Source: an uncultured virus (IMG/VR IMGVR_UViG_3300037189_025930)
Taxonomy: Duplodnaviria > Heunggongvirae > Uroviricota > Caudoviricetes
Length of the DNA: 20,000 nt
Strand: one strand, 5' to 3'
Virus record (IMG/VR): IMGVR_UViG_3300037189_025930
Part shown: in pieces, positions 14,801-20,000 of the stretch
Layout of the letters: the number at the start of each line of letters is the position of its first letter
Numbering within the stretch: the stretch's first letter is position 1
Translations under genes and position numbers: made by a program
The notes under the pieces: generated by a model
Told to the model about the DNA's origin: nothing
Database searches by the model: none
What the model saw: the letters and a program-made list of their open reading frames with translations, nothing else

Positions 14801-15000
14801 AGTAATAATTCAGGATGATTTTTTCTTATATATTCCTTTGCTCTTAAAGTTGCATCATAACGCTTTGTACCAAGTACTTCACTTGAATTAAATAAATCTT
14901 CTAATATCCAAACATTATTTTTTTTACCATCTATAAATTCTACTAAAAAATCACCTAAATTATAACGATTATATTCAATTTTATAAGTATAATTATTCAT
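14797..15000 (-). CDS. small hypothetical phage protein, C-terminus KNHPELLL
   Basis: ORF track; ATGA overlap with the downstream paralog. Confidence 0.75.
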   Translation of the reverse strand: MNNYTYKIEYNRYNLGDFLVEFIDGKKNNVWILEDLFNSSEVLGTKRYDATLRAKEYIRKNHPELLL

Positions 15001-15064
15001 GCTTTTATAAAATAATTACTTAAGTTTTTTTTATCTCTAATATGTTTTATTTTTTTTTAAATAT

Positions 15065-15138
15065 CTGGCAAGGTAGGATTCGAACCTACGACCCAAGCAT
15101 TAACAGTGCTTTGCTACTACCTACTGAGCTACTTGCCA
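15065..15138 (-). tRNA. tRNA-Asn (GTT), CCA not encoded
   Basis: Acceptor TGGCAAG/CTTGCCA plus discriminator G; anticodon arm AAGCA-CTGTTAA-TGCTT; T arm GTAGG-TTCGAAT-CCTAC. Confidence 0.93.
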
Positions 15139-15146
15139 TTTTATTT

Positions 15147-15175
15147 ATTATATTAAATAGTTTTTTAAGTGTCTA
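15147..15175 (-). promoter_or_regulatory. sigma70-like promoter TAGACA-N17-TATAAT for tRNA-Asn
   Basis: Near-consensus boxes, 8 nt upstream of the tRNA 5' end. Confidence 0.7.
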
Positions 15176-15179
15176 TTTT

Positions 15180-15380
15180 TTAGAAATTTAAAAATTTTTG
15201 GAGAAAGCAGTTTTCACAAATATCTAATTCTATTTTTTGTCCTGGAGAAATAATAGACTTATGAGTAAATACATGATTAATTTTTATATTGTCAGTTAAT
15301 ATATCATCATTACAATAATCACATATTTCTTTTACTAAAGAATAAGAATCGTCTAATTCATTTAGTTTTAAAACTTTCAT
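15180..15380 (-). CDS. small putative zinc-binding protein (CxxC...CxxC)
   Basis: ICDYC and DICENC motifs. Confidence 0.75.
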   Translation of the reverse strand: MKVLKLNELDDSYSLVKEICDYCNDDILTDNIKINHVFTHKSIISPGQKIELDICENCFLQKFLNF

Positions 15381-15604
15381 TAATAGAGTTTTCTAATAAT
15401 TTTAAAATAGAAAAAGTTGATAACAAAAACGCAATTATATTTCTCTGCCTCTTGGTCAGAGTAAGTTTGAATTAAAAACTCAGGCTTCATAATCGTATAT
15501 TCTCTTTTTCCCTCATAGAAAAATTTAGTAAATTCAATTTTATATTTCTGTTGTATTAGAGCAACAAACTCAGTAAGAAATAATCTTTGATAATCAGGTT
15601 TCAT
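15380..15604 (-). CDS. hypothetical protein (74 aa)
   Basis: ORF track; overlaps both neighbours. Confidence 0.65.
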   Translation of the reverse strand: MKPDYQRLFLTEFVALIQQKYKIEFTKFFYEGKREYTIMKPEFLIQTYSDQEAEKYNCVFVINFFYFKIIRKLY

Positions 15605-16115
15605 AGTAGTTATAGTATTTAAAAACTTTTTTTAGTTCTTTTTTATTTTTTATATAACGCTCATCATTCTTATCAAAAACTTCTATTTCAAAAGTTTGTG
15701 GTATAAATGGAAAAGTCTTAACTAACTGACGACTTGTAATTTGTTTTTTCTTTTTCTTAGTATAAGAGATACCAGAAAATCTACTACCATTCTCATCTAC
15801 AAAAATTATAGCATCTAAATAATAAACTCTACCATTTTCTTTAAAAAGACCACCTAGTCTTTTATTTTGAAATAATCCTTCTGATACTTCCATCCACTCT
15901 TCTGTATTACCTGTAATTGGAATCAAAGGTTCGTATTTTACAAGTTTATTAAATACATTTCTCACAATAGAAGCACTCATTCCAGAGTGCCCTTGATTAG
16001 AAAAAACTTGTATTAACTCTAATACTGCTTTTCCAATATCGCCATTATAATCACTGTCTGGATCGTTTAATCCAGCCGCCTTAATCTCTTCTTCAGCATA
16101 CTTTATAAGACTCAT
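15594..16115 (-). CDS. conserved hypothetical phage protein (QGHSGxSA motif)
   Basis: ORF track; AAGGAGA SD; FSNQGHSGMSA...PLIPITG..EEW..V...FQNKR pattern. Confidence 0.88.
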   Translation of the reverse strand: MSLIKYAEEEIKAAGLNDPDSDYNGDIGKAVLELIQVFSNQGHSGMSASIVRNVFNKLVKYEPLIPITGNTEEWMEVSEGLFQNKRLGGLFKENGRVYYLDAIIFVDENGSRFSGISYTKKKKKQITSRQLVKTFPFIPQTFEIEVFDKNDERYIKNKKELKKVFKYYNYYET

Positions 16116-16130
16116 GTTTTCTCCTTATAA

Positions 16131-16212
16131 TGGATCTAGCAAGAATCGAACTTGCACGCTTTTATGCGAGAGATTTTAAGTCTCTTGTGTCTACCAATTT
16201 CACCATAGATCC
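16131..16212 (-). tRNA. tRNA-Leu (TAA), long variable arm, CCA not encoded
   Basis: Acceptor GGATCTA/TAGATCC plus discriminator A; anticodon arm AGAGA-CTTAAAA-TCTCT; variable arm CGC...GCG; T arm GCAAG-TTCGATT-CTTGC. Confidence 0.93.
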
Positions 16213-16340
16213 TGTACTAATATTTAATTTTTAGCTTGATTAATTTTTTCAATTAATATTATTCTATAATAAGATGTTTATTTTTAAGTATTTTTTATAA
16301 TAAACCCGTAAAAATATTATATTAACATAAGGGATTAATT

Positions 16341-16910
16341 TTGAAATTTTTAAAAAAATTAAAAGATTTAATATATATAAATGAATCAAATAAAGATAAT
16401 AAATATGTTTATAGATTTGATGATAAAAAAATAGAAAATTTCAATTTAAATTTAAATACGTATCAACATACAGATGATTGGACAGAATCAGGAATTCTTC
16501 AAGATAATACAAAACCAAAAGAAGGTTTTAAAACATCCACTGGTTTATTTTCTGGAAATTTATTTGACATTGCTCCTTATGCTTCTCCAAGAGGCACTCC
16601 ATTTCTTAAATATAATCATAATAAAAAAGACTATATTATCTTTAGAAAAAAAGATAAATCTAAGATTGAATCACATCAACCATTTTTAACTGCTTTCAAT
16701 AAAAAAAATTTTCAAAAATTAGAAACTTCTAATGAATATTTTGCATACAAAAATAATAATAAAATAGAATTTGAGAAACAAAAAAAAATAATTAATCCAA
16801 TAGAATTTATGAAAAATCAAGGTTATATAATTAAATTTGTTGATGATTTAAAAACTGAAAAAGATAGACTTGAAGAAAGTGGAATTAATGTTGAGGAAGA
16901 GGAACCTTAA
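16341..16910 (+). CDS. hypothetical protein, tandem paralog 1 (possible virion-internal protein)
   Basis: ORF track; shares KFLKxLKDLIxINESN, YVYRxDDK, TGLF.G, APYA.PRG, PI.FM..QGY.I.FVDDLKTE with 16962..17546. Confidence 0.85.
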   Translation: MKFLKKLKDLIYINESNKDNKYVYRFDDKKIENFNLNLNTYQHTDDWTESGILQDNTKPKEGFKTSTGLFSGNLFDIAPYASPRGTPFLKYNHNKKDYIIFRKKDKSKIESHQPFLTAFNKKNFQKLETSNEYFAYKNNNKIEFEKQKKIINPIEFMKNQGYIIKFVDDLKTEKDRLEESGINVEEEEP

Positions 16911-16961
16911 TTTTTGTAAATATGATTTTTATTTATTAATAAAAATAAAGAATATAGGTAA

Positions 16962-17546
16962 TTGATTTTGAAATTTTTAAAAGAATTAAAAGATTTAATA
17001 TGTATAAATGAATCGAATGAAGATAATAAATATGTTTATAGATTAGACGATAAAAGAATAATAGATTTTAATAAAAAAATGAAAACATATTACCATAATA
17101 GTAATTGGACTAACTCTTATGCAATTTCAGCAAAATCAAAATCAGAAAAAGATTATTCTAAGGCGACAGGTCTATTCGTCGGTACAAAAAAAATGGTAGC
17201 GCCTTATGCTGCACCTAGGGGATTACAATTTTTAAAATATCGTTTAAAAACAAAAGATTATATTGTTTTTAATAAAGAAGATGAAAAAAAAATTAATAAT
17301 CATGAAACATATTTAACTAAATTTGATAAAGAAAAATTTATAGAATTAACACAATCTAATCAATTTTTTTATTTTAAAAACGATAAAGAAAAAATTGAAT
17401 GGAAAAGTCAAGAAATAATAAATGATCCTATAAAATTTATGGAAAGTCAAGGATATGAAATAATTTTTGTTGATGATTTAAAAACAGAAATAGAACGAAT
17501 TAAAAAAAATAAAAAATATCAAATACTTGATATTGAAGGATTTTAA
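16962..17546 (+). CDS. hypothetical protein, tandem paralog 2
   Basis: ORF track; clear paralog of 16341..16910, with a near-identical 5' nucleotide sequence. Confidence 0.85.
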   Translation: MILKFLKELKDLICINESNEDNKYVYRLDDKRIIDFNKKMKTYYHNSNWTNSYAISAKSKSEKDYSKATGLFVGTKKMVAPYAAPRGLQFLKYRLKTKDYIVFNKEDEKKINNHETYLTKFDKEKFIELTQSNQFFYFKNDKEKIEWKSQEIINDPIKFMESQGYEIIFVDDLKTEIERIKKNKKYQILDIEGF

Positions 17547-18337
17547 AGTTTTCTTGGGCATAAAACTTTAAATGGACACCATTTACAATTATCTGGACTT
17601 GGATTCCAATTTTTATTATCAAAAGATTCTTTATGATTTTTAATAAAATCTTTTAATAAATTAGTTAAGTTATTTTCTACATTACTATTTTCTTGAAATC
17701 CAATATTATTAGAAAAAATCATTTTATTTTCTGCATCAAAAATCAGATAATTAAATCCTAATGGGTTTTGTTCTCTTTTTAACCACAAATAAGAAAGACT
17801 TTGAGCGTCTTTTTCCCAATTTACAAACATCCAAGAATTTGGATTTTTAGTTGTTTTAAAATCAAAAACCCATAATTTATCTTCATCTTTAACTTGAAGA
17901 TCAATAATACCTTTAACATTTATTATTAAATCATCTATTACTATATCTTGCTCAACTTCCTCTTCAAATATCTTTGTACCAGGAGGTAAATATAAAAATA
18001 GAAATCTAATTATATCTTTTATCCAATTATTGTTATTAGATAAAACTTCTTTTTCATTAAAGTTTTTTGGAGTTCTGTAAGTAACTTTGATATTAGATGT
18101 TTCTTGTTTTTTACATTTAAAAAATGTTTCTTCAAATAATGGTAATTTTTTAATATCTTTTTCTTTAACTATTGAATTTAAATTTTCCTCAATAAATAAG
18201 TGAGTAGCTGTTCCTATTAAAGTTCCTGGCCATAAAATAGTAGGGACAGACCTCTTTTCAATATATTGATAAAAGTACTGTCCTAAACAATTTTTTTGAG
18301 AACCATACCTAGACTTAGAGAATTTTATTTTTTCCAC
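17543..18337 (-). CDS. PD-(D/E)xK exonuclease, RecB/AddB/Cas4-like, with 4-Cys Fe-S signature
   Basis: N-terminal FSKS...NC, GTATH, KGIIDL, VFDFKT, Q..SY, C-terminal CKWCPFKVLC. Confidence 0.9.
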   Translation of the reverse strand: MEKIKFSKSRYGSQKNCLGQYFYQYIEKRSVPTILWPGTLIGTATHLFIEENLNSIVKEKDIKKLPLFEETFFKCKKQETSNIKVTYRTPKNFNEKEVLSNNNNWIKDIIRFLFLYLPPGTKIFEEEVEQDIVIDDLIINVKGIIDLQVKDEDKLWVFDFKTTKNPNSWMFVNWEKDAQSLSYLWLKREQNPLGFNYLIFDAENKMIFSNNIGFQENSNVENNLTNLLKDFIKNHKESFDNKNWNPSPDNCKWCPFKVLCPRKL

Positions 18338-18342
18338 TTTTT

Positions 18343-18371
18343 ATTGTATTAGAAAAATAAAAAAGTGTCTA
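18343..18371 (-). promoter_or_regulatory. sigma70-like promoter TAGACA-N17-TACAAT, 5 nt before GTG 18337
   Basis: Spacing counted by hand; no SD. Confidence 0.6.
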
Positions 18372-18373
18372 TT

Positions 18374-18775
18374 CTAAGGTAAATTTCTTATTCTTTCTAA
18401 TTCTGCTAAAAACTTTTTATCATTTGATACTTTAACATTATTTTTATATTTAAAAAAACTAAAATCCTGTATAAAATTATTATAAAGTTTTTCTATTCTT
18501 TTATCCTTAATATTAAAATCTAAATAATTCATATCATCAATATTATCTAATAAATTTTTATTCATAAAATATTTAAAAAAATCATCTGATAAATAATTTT
18601 TATTTATGTTATAATTATTTAAAAATTTCATCATTAAATTATCACGCATTTCATCATTAATTTCTTTAACATCTTCTAATGGTAAAAATAATTGATCATC
18701 AGAAGAAAGTTTTAAAATTTTATAAAAACTTAAGATTAAGATATTTAATTTTTTTTGTTTTTCTTTTTTTTCCAT
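18374..18775 (-). CDS. hypothetical protein (133 aa)
   Basis: ORF track. Confidence 0.7.
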   Translation of the reverse strand: MEKKEKQKKLNILILSFYKILKLSSDDQLFLPLEDVKEINDEMRDNLMMKFLNNYNINKNYLSDDFFKYFMNKNLLDNIDDMNYLDFNIKDKRIEKLYNNFIQDFSFFKYKNNVKVSNDKKFLAELERIRNLP

Positions 18776-18921
18776 ATCAATTTATTTTTTGGTTTATATA
18801 ACTAATCAGTACTAATTTTCTTCTTCACCTTCAGTGTAATTTTATACAAGATGTTTATACAATGTTTATGATTTTTTTAAATAGTAATAAAAAAAGATCA
18901 TAAAAATATTATTAGGATATA

Positions 18922-20000
18922 ATGATGAAACTAATAAATTATTTTGAAGCAGTAATAGATGAAAAAATAAAAGAATTATATGATTTTGATTTACAATTAG
19001 ATATTAAACAAAATTTATTTGATTATATTGATCTTTTTTGTATAATTAAATATGTAACTTCTATTGCTAAAGAGTTTTTTAAAAAAAATAATATTTCTGA
19101 TCAAAATATATATGATCTACAATTGCAAGCTTTTGTTTTTTCTAAAGATGAAGAAATGTATAAAATATATCAAAAATTACAAATTATATTTGAACATTTT
19201 TTAAAATCAGATTTAAATATAAATTTAGATGATATTTTAAAAAAACCAAATTATTCATTTAGGGATGAAATAAAAAATAAAATTGTTGCTTTTATTAAAG
19301 ATAATGATATTTTAAAAAAAATGAGTTTTGAAAAATTATCTTTTGAAATTAGTGAAAAATTTACTATTGAAAAATATAGTACATATCAAAATTCATATAA
19401 AAACGTAGAAGGTTTATTTAATAGTTTATTTCACGATTATATTTTTCATGCTATGTCTGAAATTAATTCAGTTAATAAATTTGACAATGAAGATACTTTT
19501 GGTGATTTTGATTATTCTTATGGATATGATCCAATTGAAATGTTTAAAGAATTACAAGCAATACAAACTAATTTTATTTCTACACCAAAAAGTTATAGTG
19601 ATAAAAAAAATATAACTGTTATTTTAAATAATATAAAAAAATCTATTTATGGATTAAAAAAAGATGATTGGACAAAAAAAGATCCTGATATAACTTGGAA
19701 ACAATTTAGAGATACTTTTAAAGGATACGATACTTTTTTAAAATTATTTCCAAAGAAGAATTTTCCAGATAATAAAGATGTTGATTTTCCAGGGATGATT
19801 GATGAATTAATCGAAGATGCTTATGAAAATTCAAAAGATTTCTTTTATAAGTATTCTGATCAGCAAAATTTACCAGGATTTTCTAGAAAAAATCAATTAG
19901 ACCTTTCTAAAATGTATCCTAAATATGATGATAAAATAAATAAATTTGAGTCAGTACAAAGAATAATCCTAAGATATGTTGCTCCATTTATTAAGAGCAG
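18922..20000 (+). CDS. large hypothetical protein (partial, at least 359 aa, runs off the window)
   Basis: Translated by hand: MMKLINYFEAVIDEKIKELYDFD..., with no stop before the window end; AGGA SD. Absent from the ORF track because it is incomplete. Confidence 0.85.
   Translation, partial: MMKLINYFEAVIDEKIKELYDFDLQLDIKQNLFDYIDLFCIIKYVTSIAKEFFKKNNISDQNIYDLQLQAFVFSKDEEMYKIYQKLQIIFEHFLKSDLNINLDDILKKPNYSFRDEIKNKIVAFIKDNDILKKMSFEKLSFEISEKFTIEKYSTYQNSYKNVEGLFNSLFHDYIFHAMSEINSVNKFDNEDTFGDFDYSYGYDPIEMFKELQAIQTNFISTPKSYSDKKNITVILNNIKKSIYGLKKDDWTKKDPDITWKQFRDTFKGYDTFLKLFPKKNFPDNKDVDFPGMIDELIEDAYENSKDFFYKYSDQQNLPGFSRKNQLDLSKMYPKYDDKINKFESVQRIILRYVAPFIKS

Noticed and set aside
15066..16133. Apparent CCA at the 3' ends of both tRNAs
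   Set aside because: These bases belong to the acceptor stem or discriminator (CTTGCCA-G; TAGATCC-A), so they are not the CCA tail.
16474..16689. 71-aa plus-strand ORF
   Set aside because: Nested out of frame in 16341..16910, whose frame is supported by paralogy.
18841..18870. Short imperfect tandem TTTATACAA(G)ATG in the divergent intergenic region
   Set aside because: Only two full units in AT-rich DNA; too weak to call an operator or iteron.
1..20000. Stop-codon reassignment, suggested by the many short ORFs
   Set aside because: Known enzymes are full length in the standard code, short ORFs are coupled by ATGA/TAATG overlaps in shifting frames and end in a conserved motif, and no suppressor tRNA is seen.

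Overview
Very AT-rich, gene-dense DNA that reads as an accessory or early-gene region of a large (jumbo-type) dsDNA bacteriophage using the standard genetic code. It holds about 45 mostly short ORFs in alternating strand blocks and two tRNA genes without an encoded CCA (Asn-GTT, Leu-TAA). Recognisable proteins are a MoxR-like AAA+ ATPase with its HExxH/VWA partner, an M23 peptidase, a Pol-beta-like nucleotidyltransferase and a four-Cys PD-(D/E)xK exonuclease. Five patterns are not explained by those genes. (1) At least 14 short proteins from several unrelated families end in the same tetrapeptide pattern E-x-x-[LI]-stop, usually with an aromatic or hydrophobic residue after the E. This suggests a shared C-terminal docking or targeting tag. 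(2) A conserved promoter, TTTTAGG(T/A)TTA-nn-C(A/G)-N17-TAnnnT, occurs eight times, with five related variants, and four of these sites appear to drive leaderless mRNAs. (3) A 48/50-bp direct repeat brackets a promoter-gene-terminator cassette. (4) A T8 tract separates one gene from its tag-bearing C-terminus. (5) Three plus-strand genes have N-termini resembling capsid-targeting leaders, two of them with a possible ADP-ribosyltransferase-like motif. All functional calls rest on motif recognition by eye; no database searches were run.
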